NCBI GenBank assembly: GCA_032718475.1
Contig: JAUCBJ010005742.1
Coordinates: 1-34,920 of the forward strand
Direction: 5' to 3'
Length of the DNA: 34,920 bases
Origin: Nemertoderma westbladi
Lineage: Eukaryota > Animalia > Xenacoelomorpha
Under the pieces are notes generated by a model. It was given only the letters and a program-made list of their open reading frames with translations, had not been told where the DNA came from and ran no database searches. Shown in pieces: positions 20,878 through 33,500 of the stretch; positions within the stretch are counted from its first letter, which is position 1; every line of letters begins with the position of its first letter. The position numbers and the translations under genes were made by a program.

Positions 20878-21372
20878 AATACACGAAGTGGGGACTTCGC
20901 GCAGCACGAAGTTGGCGAAGCCTTAGCGAATCGTTGTCACGTTGGCCCTCTAGCGGCAGACTGGAGAACTGCAGATGGATTCGCCTCCTTTGAAAGTCAC
21001 AGCTAATGGTCTAATACATATCTGCCAAGTTTCAGCTTAAACGGATTAAAAGCAAAGAAATGGGAGGGCATTTAATGTTTAGACATGTGGCCCTCTAGCG
21101 GGAGACCATTGCACTGATGGTGTCTGAAAGTCTCTCAAAAATCTCAACCTTTGCTCATATTGATACCTACAAATTTTCAACTTGGCAGCTTTAAATCCGA
21201 CAAAGTTATTAGCATGTCAAAATCGTAACGACGAGCGACGACAACAGACGACGACGACGACAACGCACGACGACGACGACGACGACCGACGACGGACGAC
21301 GACGACAACTATTTGCATAAATTGACCCACCCCCTAACAGTGTCAATTCGCTAAGGCTCCGCCAACTTAGTG
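20878..21372 (-). mobile_element. Short non-autonomous Helentron-type (DINE-1/HINE-like) element
   Basis: 23-bp subterminal inverted repeats with 1 mismatch (20908-20930 / 21346-21368). Terminal hairpin CGAAGT-GGG-ACTTCG (20884-20898) followed by a T-run on the minus strand. Second palindrome AATTGAC...GTCAATT (~21320-21348). (GAC)n microsatellite near the other end. Confidence 0.7.
21228..21308. repeat. Imperfect (GAC)n microsatellite inside the HINE-like element
   Basis: gacgacgacgacaacgcacgacgacgac... seen directly. Confidence 0.9.
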
Positions 21373-23004
21373 GCTCGCCCCACAGGCATGATTCGAATCA
21401 ATAATCATATACATGGTTTTATGGTTTAATATTAATACACAGTACAGGCTGGTAGTAGTAGGTTATATCCTACCTATTTTATCATTTTTTCAACCATAGA
21501 TAGGCTTGGCCTCAGGCACAGTACAGGGGAAATTAATAATATTAATAATCGCATGCATGTCATTGTTATAATTTATAAAGTAGCGGATATTACATGTTTT
21601 CACGATTACTTATTTTATGCAATTTAGGATTATAATAAGGAAGATTGCCAAGAATGCGGCCCCATACGCAGCTACGACTTTTATTACGATTTAATTATAA
21701 TTATTTTTAATATTAAACTTTACGGACGTGGAAACGGAATTTAAAGGAAAGGGATATAAAAGGGAATGCAAATGGACGAGGCAAGGGGGAATGGGAGTGA
21801 CCTTCATGCCAATACTATGTCGGCAAATTAATATCCGGCATCAATGTTAAAATATGAAATAATGGGAAAGGAGCTTGTTACAATTATGCATGTATTATTC
21901 TAACAAAAAACAATAAAAGTGAAAAAAACAGGTTATGGTTTTATTTATTAGAGTATTCTGTTGTTTTATTTGAGTCGAATTTCCCCTCGAAAGGGATACA
22001 TTCTTATTGCATCGAAAGTCCCCCCCCCCCCCCCCCCCCCCTCTAAGGTAAGGGACACTAAAAATTACAAGCAAAAACGCATTACTCATAGAGAGCTTGT
22101 GGTATGGATACCTCTATCAGCTAGGGGGATTATTAAATCTTTAAGCAACCTTTAAGGGTTGTAATTTAGCGACTACTATGGTAACATAATTATAGTAATA
22201 ATAATATGAATAATAATAATAACTAGTATAAAGAAGAACAAATAATTGTCAAAAGATGCCATCTGTTTTTTCATGGTATGATTAATTGATGTGGATCCCG
22301 AATAACACAAACTAGAAGTTCGTTTAGTTATCATGCTATACCTACTATACTACACGGCGAGTAATTCCATGAAAACCAAGACAATAACAATTACTAAAAC
22401 GATACGTATAATACTACTGTAGTTAATTTAATTCTAGAACTATACGCATCTAACAGAGTATAATAACCAACTACATACATACACTTATGCAACACATATG
22501 ATAATAATGACAATAATAATGACAAGTACAATTTATTATACTACAATAATTACTACAACTATACTACTACTACTAGTAATAAATATAATTCTAGAATTAA
22601 ACAATACATCTATCGGGAATTACTGTATACAATTCAAGTTGTTATATAAGCGAATGGATTTAAAACTTTATGTTGCATAATACAATGAATTAATCGAATG
22701 GGTATAACTTTATGTTACATAAGGCAGTGAAGACAGTAAATTTTGATTTTTCGAGTCACGAATATACACCGTGGTCACCGTTTAGCATAGGCGAGAATAC
22801 AACTAATTCGAATCCATGTGTTGGGAATATTGTGGAACAACTACATACGAGATACTTCTTCGACTACTAGAACAATTACTATAGCTCTTCAAACTAATTC
22901 TAGAACTACTTTTACCTACTAAAAAAAACAAATTAAATATAATTAAACCTATATAATAATAATAAGGCCAATTAAGCTACACTGATCAAGAATAAATGAT
23001 AAAA

Positions 23005-24221
23005 AAACTCACATCACTGGATGATAGAGGATGTTTTTTAACCGCCGCAAGGCGGAAAAGGGCTTTAGCCCTCACTAACCACTACCACCTCCTCACCCAA
23101 TACAACAATCCGGGAATTATATACAGAAAAGGGTATACTTGGGCGAGTTAGGGTATAAGGGGGCGCTTAGGGGGGAAGCCGACCATCCCAGTAGGTGGAT
23201 AGACCCCCTATTAACTTTCTAAATTTTGATTTCGAGCGAATCCGACCGACGGTTTTCGAGTTGGGCCCAATGGAACGTTTTAGAAATTTGAATTTCCCGC
23301 CAAACGCTACAGCCAAACTGGCTATAGATGGAGACTAGCGGCCAACGGGATCGCGTAGGGGGTATAGATGTTAGTCCAGCTCATTCTTTTTTTGGAACGA
23401 CTCGACCTATAGGGGCCGATCGGTAGCTGATCGAACACGATCTTTACGATCTTTGGCGAAATACGACCGGAAGGAGTGGGAATTTGGGAAAAGTTTGAAA
23501 GTAGAAAATGTTCCTCACCCCCGAATTATGCTAGACGGACCCGATAAAAATTTGAAAAAAATTAATTCTAGGGGGTCTACGGGGCCAACGAAGCTTTCCG
23601 ATTGGACGATATTATTTTCGCCTATTACTACGGGAAGGAACGGTTTTAAGTTAAAACATGTACAAGAGATATGGTCGGGAAGCTCGAGCTCTATCCAACG
23701 GAAGCGGTCCCGGGATCGTAAATTAAGAAGTTCTCGAGATATAGAGGAAAATTAACGAGTCGTTAAAAAATGCAGTAATTAGCAATTAGCGCTAATTAAG
23801 AGCGAATTAATTAATCGAATCTCGAAATTAACGGTGCCAATCGATGGGAAACAACGAGAGGAGCTCGCCAATTTTTTAAATTTTCGAAAAGACCCAGCGG
23901 AAGCCGAGATAAATGGATTTTCGTAAAATCGGGGTCCCGACCACCAAGTCGAATATCAGCGTCGAATCGCCACCTTTGGGAAGTAGGCGAAAATATACCG
24001 AAAAAGCAAAACGAGCGATATTGATTTAAAATTCGAAACTTTTTGGTCGATACGGGTTCGCTAGTGGACGATATACACTATTTTAGTCAATTTATCCAAA
24101 AGGGTCATTTTTATGATCTTTGATCATGATCTTTATGATCTTTGGCCTAAAGCATGGAATAAGAGTATTTTTATATTAAATTGTAATTCGTACATTATAA
24201 GCAAAGTCTATGGGGACATTT
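23005..24221. repeat. CpG-rich ~1.2-kb non-coding module, first of two near-identical direct copies (period 1,750 bp)
   Basis: Matches ~24758-25971 almost base for base, and its 3' part matches 1-497. Begins near TTTTTAACCGCCGCAAGGCGG (hairpin). The left flank ~22640-23000 is a more diverged match to ~24405-24750. Confidence 0.93.
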
Positions 24222-24263
24222 TCAGACATACTTTAAAGTTTATCTTTGAAATTTAAATCATTT

Positions 24264-24294
24264 GTTCACCCAGCCATGCAATGGCTGGGTGAAC
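24264..24294. other. Second copy of the perfect GCA-loop hairpin, in the spacer between the two 1.2-kb modules
   Basis: Identical to 17179-17209. Confidence 0.9.
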
Positions 24295-24406
24295 CACCAA
24301 AATATTAAGCGATGAAATCCGCAAAGCCTTTAAATACGTTATAGGGTGGTGGGTGGGGCTAGTGGTTAGTGTTTATACATAGTTAGGTAATGATTGTATA
24401 TATAGC

Positions 24407-24541
24407 GAGTTGTTAAAAAAGGGAATGGGATATAATTTTATGTTACAAAAGACTATGAATTTAGATCTATAGAGTTGTTAAAAAAGGGAATGGGATATAA
24501 TTTTATGTTACAAAAGACTATGAATTTAGATCTATAGAGTT
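24407..24541. repeat. 65-bp tandem duplication
   Basis: gagttgttaaaaaagggaatggg...gatctata occurs at 24407 and 24472. Confidence 0.9.
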
Positions 24542-24757
24542 ACGAATATACACTAACGCCACCTTTTAGCGTAGCGTAGGGGAGGAATACAATTAGTTGG
24601 AATCTATGTATGGGGAATATAGCGGAACAACTATGTACGAGATACTTCTTCGACTAATAGAACAATAACTATAGCTCTTTAAACTAATTCTAGAACTGCA
24701 TTTACCTACTAAAAAAAACAATTAAATACTAATTAATGAAAAATAAATGATAAAAAA

Positions 24758-25971
24758 ACTATCATCACTGGATGATAGAGGATGTTTTTTAACCGCCGTA
24801 AGGCGGAAAAGGGCTTTAGCCCTCACTAACCACTACCACCTCCTCACCCAATACTAAAATCCGGGAATATGTACAGAAAGGGGTATACTTGGGCGAGTTA
24901 GGGTATAAGGGGGCGCTTAGGGGGGAAGCCGACCATCCCAGTAGGTGGATAGACCCCCTATTAACTTTCTAAATTTTGATTTCGAGCGAATCCGACCGAC
25001 GGTTTTCGAGTTGGGCCCAATGGAACGTTTTAGAAATTTGAATTTCCCGCCAAACGCTACAGCCAAACTGGCTATAGATGGAGACTAGCGGCCAACGGGA
25101 TCGCGTAGGGGGTATAGATGTTAGTCCAGCTCATTCTTTTTTTGGAACGACTCGACCTATAGGGGCCGATCGGTAGCTGATCGAACACGATCTTTACGAT
25201 CTTTGGCGAAATACGACCGGAAGGAGTGGGAATTTGTGAAAAGTTTGAAAGTAGAAAATGTTCCTCACCCCCGAATTATGCTAGACGGACCCGATAAAAA
25301 TTTGAAAAAAATTAATTCTAGGGGGTCTACGGGGCCAACGAAGCTTTCCGATTGGACGATATTATTTTCGCCTATTACTACGGGAAGGAACGGTTTTAAG
25401 TTAAAACATGTACAAGAGATATGGTCGGGAAGCTCGAGCTCTATCCAACGGAAGCGGTCCCGGGATCGTAAATTAAGAAGTTCTAGAGATATAGAGGAAA
25501 ATTAACGAGTCGTTAAAAAATGCAGTAATTAGCAATTAGCGCTAATTAAGAGCGAATTAATTAATCGAATCTCGAAATTAACGGTGCCAATCGATGGGAA
25601 ACAACGAGAGGAGCTCGCCAATTTTTTAAATTTTCGAAAAGACCCAGCGGAAGCCGAGATAAATGGATTTTCGTAAAATCGGGGTCCCGACCACCAAGTC
25701 GAATATCAGCGTCGAATCGCCACCTTTGGGAAGTAGGCGAAAATATACCGAAAAAGCAAAATGAGCGATATTGATTTAAAATTCGAAACTTTTTGGTCGA
25801 TACGGGTTCGCTAGTGGACGATATACACTATTTTAGTCAATTTATCCAAAAGGGTCATTTTTATGATCTTTGATCATGATCTTTATGATCTTTGGCCTAA
25901 AGCATGGAATAAGAGTATTTTTATATTAAATTGTAATTCGTACATTATAAGCAAAGTCTATGGGGACATTT
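24758..25971. repeat. CpG-rich ~1.2-kb module, second direct copy
   Basis: As above; it continues into ttccggcggtggaagac, as the copy at 1-515 does. Confidence 0.93.
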
Positions 25972-27995
25972 CCGGCGGTGGAAGACAAGATAAACATATT
26001 GTAAAATGTTAATAAGTTTCAATTTAAACACATTATATTAATTTAATTCATAACATGAAATATGATTATATATAAAACTATAAAAAAACAAAGAGAAACA
26101 TCAAATTACAAATCACAAAATGACATGATGTTTTAACTTATATTAATTTAAATTATATTAAAACTATTTAAAACCATTAATTATGCCCTTTAATCTATGT
26201 AAGGGCGATATTGTAAACTACACCAAGTCAGCTGCGGTATGTTGCCGGTGTTATTAGTAAAGATAATAATGCTGCATTGACACTTCAAAGTCAAGGATCA
26301 AATTTCTAGTACATTTTCATTATTCTACAATAGGCCTGCTTTGTAGTTTAAACGCACAATTATTAAACCAACTAAATAATATTATGTTACATGCTATACT
26401 TTCTATAGATTATCTTATGATTTAATACAGTAATAAAAACAATTTTTTAATACATATCAAATAAAGATGTAATAATGACTACTAAATTACTTTCAATTAA
26501 TTGCAACTTTTCTTATCAAGTGTTATTCATGTTATATAACAATAAAAAAAAAGCATCATCAATATCTTAAAATATTTATTTATTTTATATCATGATTCAT
26601 ACTGTAACAAAGAAATATATATATACATATACATACATATATACATATATATGCATATTATTTGTGTTAGTATATTTATGTAAAATACACGCATTCAAGA
26701 TGGTGGAAACAATTAAATTGCACAGATTTTATATTTAATACAGAAATGTTTAATTAAAATATAATTCAAATTACTTGTGTTAAAGTAAATACGGGAGGCA
26801 CAATAGCAATACCAAAAGTTATGATAGTGCTATGAATTTATGACTGCAGAGACGTAAGACACTATGAATGTGTTTTTATATGAAACACAGTATACTCAGT
26901 AGAATAGTAAAAGTAGTAGAATGGAAAATATTTATAATATATAACATTATAACATAAAATATTATATATGAGCTGCATATAAATACAATTAGCAATTATA
27001 TATAATTAAGTAGTTAATACTCTTTAATATCACTAGTTTGACATCACACATAAATGTTGTAGTAATATTGTTGTTTATATTGAATATATTCCGTATATAT
27101 CTTTGATGTTTTACAATTAGTGATATGGTAAATTATATTATCAGAATCTACTATATTAAAATTAATATATAAATGAAGTGTTGCTCTAATATTCTTTGAT
27201 TATACTTTACACTTCAACGTAAGGCAATTTAGGCTACAATAATAAGGGAGAGAGAGAGAGAATTCCTAGCAAGTAGATTGGGTAGTTGAATAGTATAGAG
27301 ATTGAAAAACAGTTATTTGTTAATAATGCTTGGATTGGAAAATCACGAAATATTTAGAATGTAGAAAAGAACCAAAAGGAATATAATTATATGGAAAATA
27401 TAGATAGATCTCAGCAACAATAGGACCATGTACGTGCGAAAGCCAATGTATTATACAAAATACAAGCATTTATATGTATAATTTAGTACAATTATGTAGA
27501 AATACTTCATGGAGTTAATAAAGATGAATAAAATAACAAACACAATAAATAAAATGCTTGTATATTGCAGAATACAATAAACGGCAAAGAGTAATTTTAT
27601 CAGCTATAATATTGGTAGGATGTTTCAAATTCCAACCGGGGCCAGGCAGCTATTACGAAAGTTACCTACAGTTATTGTGTTAATATATAATAGAAATTAC
27701 TCAATGGGTGGTGTAATATTCCAGAATGTAACCAGCCTGGCATACACTGCAACTGGAGAATGGATACAAACTCTGGAATATTTAATAGCCGGTTTATATC
27801 ATTAACCCCCCCCCCCCCCCCCCCCCCATTTGCAGAAAATATAAAAGAAACAAAAATAAATAGAAAACATCAAAATTTATTATGTTTTCACAGTTTCGTG
27901 TTTGAAACAGACCCGACCACCTATTTAATTTGGGAATATGTTGTAATGTAAAAAATAAAAGAAAGTGAGAGAACAAAAATAGAAATAGTCAGTTC

Positions 27996-28838
27996 TGAGT
28001 CATGGTTCCTGTCTCTAGTCAGAGCGCGCAATGCTCGACTCAAAACTAGAACAGTCCCCATGACTTATAAAATAAAAAATAAAATAAAAAGAATAGGAGA
28101 AGAGAAAAAGAAATAGGCACAGGGTTATGAGTCATGGTTCCTGTCACTAGTCAGAGCGCGCAATGCTCGACTCAAAACTAGAACAGTCCCCATGACTTAT
28201 AAAATAAAAAATAAAATAAAAAGAATAGGAGAAGAGAAAAAGAAATAGGCACAGGGTTATGAGTCATGGTTCCTGTCACTAGTCAGAGCGCGCAATGCTC
28301 GACTCAAAACTAGAACAGTCCCCATGACTTATAAAATAAAAAATAAAATAAAAAGAATAGGAGAAGAGAAAAAGAAATAGGCATATGGTTATGAGTCATG
28401 GTTCCTGTCACTAGTCAGAGCGCGCAATGCTCGACTCAAAACTAGAACAGTCCCCATGACTTATAAAATAAAAAATAAAATAAAAAGAATAGGAGAAGAG
28501 AAAAATAAATAGGCACAGGGTTATGAGTCATGGTTCCTGTCACTAGTCAGAGCGCGCAATGCTCGACTCAAAACTAGAACAGTCCCCATGACTTATAAAA
28601 TAAAAAATAAAATAAAAAGAATAGGAGAAGAGAAAAAGAAATAGGCATATGGTTATGAGTCATGGTTCCTGTTTCTAGTCAGAGCGCGCAATGCTCGACT
28701 CAAAACTAGAACAGTCCCCATGACTTATAAAATAAAAAATAAAATAAAAAGAATAGGAGAAGAGAAAAAGAAATAGGCATATGGTTATGAGTCATGGTTC
28801 CTGTTTCTAGTCAGAGCGCGCAATGCTCGACTCAAAAA
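27996..28838 (+). repeat. Hairpin array A, copy 2: 7 units of 132 bp (last truncated)
   Basis: Cores at 27996, 28128, 28260, 28392, 28524, 28656 and 28788; all complete units end CCATGACTTATAA. Confidence 0.97.
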
Positions 28839-29147
28839 ATTTACTTTTGTGCTTTAACTATTTGAATTTATTTAATCTGTAGTACCATGGGCAGTTCAAT
28901 ACATCTATGGAATGGTATTAAAAACAATAATATACAGAAATCCAATATCATTCGTTGAAAATATTTATTTATAAATAAATTAATGATGGAATTTAATGTT
29001 CCAGAATAATACCAGTGCAGCATACACAACAACTGGTAGTAAACGGGGTATAAAATTGCGGTCTGGTATATTTACTACCGAATCATTAACAACAACTGGT
29101 AGTAGGCAAGCATTAATTTAATTTTGGTTTGTTTGAAATTGAAAGTG

Positions 29148-30515
29148 CTCACTGAATGTAATGTTCCAGAATTCTACCGGCGCGGCATACACAACACCTG
29201 GTAGTAATCTGTGAGACTATATCAGCTAAGCTTTGGTTACTTAAATTAGATTTTTGTTTGTTTAGAATTTGGTTAATTCACTGAATGTATTGTTCCAGAA
29301 TTCTACCGGCGCGGCATACACTACAACTGGTAGTAAACTGAGAGACTACATCAGCTATGTTTTGGTAACTTAAATAAGATTTTTGTTTGTTTAGAATTTG
29401 GTTAACTCACTGATTGTAGTGTTCCAGAATACTACCAGCGCGGCATACACTACAACTGGTAGTAAACTGTGAGACTACATCAGCTAAGCTTTGGTTACTT
29501 AAATTAGATTTTTGTTCGTTTTAGAATTTGGTTAACTCACTGATTGTAGTGTTCCAGAATTCTACCGGCGCGGCATACACAACACCTGGTAGTAATCTGT
29601 GAGACTACATCACAGCTAAGCTTTGTTTACTTAAATTAGATTTTTGTTTGTTTAGAATTTGGTTAACTCACTGATTGTAGTGTTCCAGAATTCTACCGGC
29701 GCGGCATACACAACACCTGGTAGTAATCTGTGAGACTATATCAGCTAAGCTTTGTTTACTTAAATTAGATTTTTGTTTGTTTTAGAATTTGGTTAACTCA
29801 CTGATTGTAGTGTTCCAGAATTCTACCGGCGCGGCATACACAACACCTGGTAGTAATCTGTGAGACTACATCAGCTAAGCTTTGTTTACTTAAATTAGAT
29901 TTTTGTTTGTTTAGAATTTGGTTAACTCACTGATTGTAGTGTTCCAGAATTCTACCGGCGCGGCATACACAACACCTGGTAGTAATCTGTGAGACTATAT
30001 CAGCTAAGCTTTGTTTACTTAAATTAGATTTTTGTTTGTTTTAGAATTTGGTTAACTCACTGATTATAGTGTTCCAGAATTCTACCGGCGCGGCATACAC
30101 AACACCTGGTAGTAATCTGTGAGACTATATCAGCTAAGCTTTGTTTACTTAAATTAGATTTTTGTTTGTTTAGAATTTGGTTAACTCACTGATTGTAGTG
30201 TTCCAGAATTCTACCAGCGCGGCATACACAACACCTGGTAGTAATCTGTGAGACTATATCAGCTAAGCTTTGTTTACTTAAATTAGATTTTTGTTTGTTT
30301 AGAATTTGGTTAACTCACTGATTGTAGTGTTCCAGAATTCTACCAGCGCGGCATACACTACAACTGGTAGTAAACTGTGAGACTACATCAGCAAGCTTTT
30401 GTAACTTAAATTAGATTCTTGTTTGTTTTAGAATTGGGTTTACTCACTGAATCTAGTGTTCCAGAATACTAACAATGCGGCATATACTACAACTGTAATA
30501 ACATCTGGTAGTAAA
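29148..30515 (+). repeat. Hairpin array B, copy 2: ~11 units of 129-131 bp
   Basis: CCAGAAT at 29166, 29295, 29424, 29554, 29685, 29815, 29944, 30074, 30203, 30332 and 30461. Confidence 0.97.
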
Positions 30516-30565
30516 CAGAGTTTACAATGGTGGTGAATTGAAATTTTATATTTCCTTATCTCCCT

Positions 30566-33500
30566 TTATGTTTTGACAATTTGTATAATTCGTAGCCCCA
30601 TATTAAACCCACCAACAACACCCCTGACTAGTTGAACCAGCTGGTGCGGCGACATTTCTATTTGTGCAGCGTAATAAATCGCGTTTAAAACGAGTTGTCG
30701 GGAATTTTTATTTTCGTCGTCATTTCCACCTCCAGGAAACCCGGTGATGACAGCGTATGGTTGCCATGGCTGCAAATTAGGATTTTGGGTTAGACGACCC
30801 TGTATGTTGCCAAGGCGTAGGTCGTTAAGGCATCGCCTCATATTTACTGTGTCGCCTACGTACCAAATTTCGGGATACGGTAAACTTACAATTATATAAA
30901 TAAATCCAATATCGTCGGCCGGTATTTCGATATCTATTGGGATGTGGTGGATGTTGGACACAGGGTTGTTAGATATTAATGGAACGGGTAGTGGAGCAGG
31001 TTGAACTGTTGGCTGGTGTCGGATGACGTTCAGTTTATCTATTAATTTTGAGACGTATTCTAAAATTGGGGATTTTTGACCTAATAGGATAGCAATGTTT
31101 TGAAGTACAATATGTTTGAGGCCGACAAAGTAAATATGATTAGCGTATGGAACCCGGGAAACAATTACTAACAATTGTTCTACCAACCAAAGGGCCCACA
31201 TACTCCTACCCGTTTCTATCTGGGTGGCTAGTTTGTAGCAGAAATCGCCTAAAATACGATGTACAGTATCGGCCGCGACATGCTGTACTGGCCACTGTTC
31301 GCGACGGCCTTTCTGTAAATGGTGACCTACTTGCACTTCTGGAGAGACGTGGCGAGCGAGAAAAATAAGAGGGTATTGATTTAAATTATTGAAATCAATA
31401 GTCCCTCTCCCCACAGGAATCAAACGGAGTGCCAAACGTTGTGGTTCACCTTGTGGGAGGCTTTCAACCACAACGAGTTGGCCCTGGGAGAATGTGTGTC
31501 TCCCAGACTTTCCGTTATAAGTTATTCTCATAACAGTTCCTATGGGGATTAATATTTCTCTACTCTCCCGCAACTCATTATCCAGAGCGTTGGATATTCG
31601 TTCTGTAGCCGGAATCCAAACACCTGCATGATTCTCCATTTCATCATTGGCTTTGGATGTAATGGATATCAGATTTGGCTGTTGCTGAATTTTTTGCAAG
31701 TAGGTCTTTGTTGCTTCACGTTCAGCGGCCCGTTTCCCAACTACTCTGGTGCAGTCGAGAGGTACGTCGTCCCAACTTTCAAGAAAGTTACAATTCCTCG
31801 ATATAATATCGAGGATCCTAGTATTATCGTCAACCGTTCTTGAGTGGTCTCGGATTAATTCAATTAGTAGCTGCAGTTGGGGGTCGTTAGCCGATCTAAC
31901 ATAGCATGTTAGTTTTGCAACTTTGAATATCATGAGGAACTGGGGAGAGAGCCACATCAGACTACCATGGATAGGGGGCAACTGTTGATGATCGCCACTT
32001 GCAATTATCAACTTGCCTCCAAATGGTATGTTGGTCAGGGTGACCTTCTTCAGGACTTGGTCTAAAACAGACACAAGCTCACCGCTGAATAAGCCGATCT
32101 CCTCAACAAGAACAACATCTACTCTCTGTAAAATAGACATTTTATCTGGAGTTTTCGCCAGAGAAAGGAGAGAGTCTTCAGAGAGCGTAACGGCGTCAAT
32201 CTGTCTGCTACCATGCTTTCCTGACAAGGACAGTAGCTGGTGGAGATGTATCCCCCCAAGCTGCCTCGCTTTGTTGCTAGTGATGGCAGTGAGGGATACA
32301 CGTAGTCCTTTGGCCATGGCATAGGCTCCAGAAAGCAAAAGTATGTGGGTTTTCCCCGTTCCAGGAGGACCAACAATGATTATTGGATTAACAAACGTTG
32401 TTGTCGGAACGAGGTACTTATCTATTGCCTCACAGCATAGTGAGAGTGTCTGTCGTTGTTCGTTTAACGACTGGACACTCTGTGATGCAGCCTGTTGCAA
32501 ATCTGGTCGCCATGGTAACGGTGTTTCCCGAGATGCATTGCTCAGGTTGTCTGGTATAGCGATGTTCTTATCTCGGAAACCCGCTACCATGTTCGTTCTT
32601 GCAGAATTTTCAATTTGCAGAACGTTAGCAGACGCTTCTCGACGGAATAGGGCCTCCTGTGCCAATGGCAGTGATGTAAAGTAGACACCCTCCCCCCCCA
32701 GAAACGACTGCAGTACGGAGTCGGCTGCCTGCAGCATCCTTTCCATCTGTCGTGTACTAACTGCGTAGTGGTAAAGTTGTTCCATTAGATACCGCCTACG
32801 CAGGTTCATAATGTCAGCTTCAGTGATGTTTCTCCAATCGGGGACCAGCTTACACAAACCGAAACTTTCTAATAAACATGAAGTTGAATACAGATCCAGT
32901 TCAGTTTCGAACTTTCCCATAGACAACATCATGTGTATTAGAAACTTTTCAGTTTGGAAAGGAGTCACATTGGAGAAAACCACTATAACTGGCTTTGTAC
33001 ACGAATTGTTAATAAATAATTTGCTGCAGTTTTCATCACCGGCGACTATAGGGTTGAATATCTGAGTCAAGAGATCGAATGCCAGAGGGACTCTATTATT
33101 GGCCTGGACTGTGAGGAACTCTACGGCTTTTGTAACTCCGGACAAACGAAGTTGAACGCGTCTGCCCAAGCCGTTGATCCAAATACACTCGTTGAATGGG
33201 ACGTTTAGGTTACAATCTTTCACATATGTTTTTACAATGAAACATTTTGTATAAATCTCTACGGTGTCGAAAGGCATTAGTTCTGGGGGACGCAGATTAA
33301 AAGAAGTAAAAAGATCGGCACAGTATAAACTAGAAATATAGTCTCTAATAAGTAAAATTTGAGAGTTAGTAAATTGTCTCGTTGGGGGTAGATGGGCTCT
33401 ACGTGAAACAGGCAGTAACGTACCATCAGATTCGGTTAAATATTTGGCTTTGTTGGCTGGATAAGGATGAACAATGCCTGACCTATTTTCCGGCGATACA

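Larger units (their letters stand above)
1..25474 (-). mobile_element. One full period (~25.1-25.5 kb) of a tandemly repeated giant Helitron/Helentron-like element; boundaries give the repeat phase, not the true termini
   Basis: Sequence from position 1 (aagaagttct...) recurs at 25475 and stays collinear through both hairpin arrays and RepHel (5422 vs 30566). The unit encodes an HUH Rep + PIF1 helicase fusion. Confidence 0.85.

Noticed and set aside
23453-23755. 100-aa ORF repeated at 25203-25505
   Set aside because: It has a TTG start and no recognisable motif; its conservation is explained by the recent DNA duplication.
23005-25971. LTR retrotransposon (direct repeats as LTRs)
   Set aside because: No TG..CA ends, PBS/PPT, RT or integrase were seen, and the repeats are nearly adjacent.
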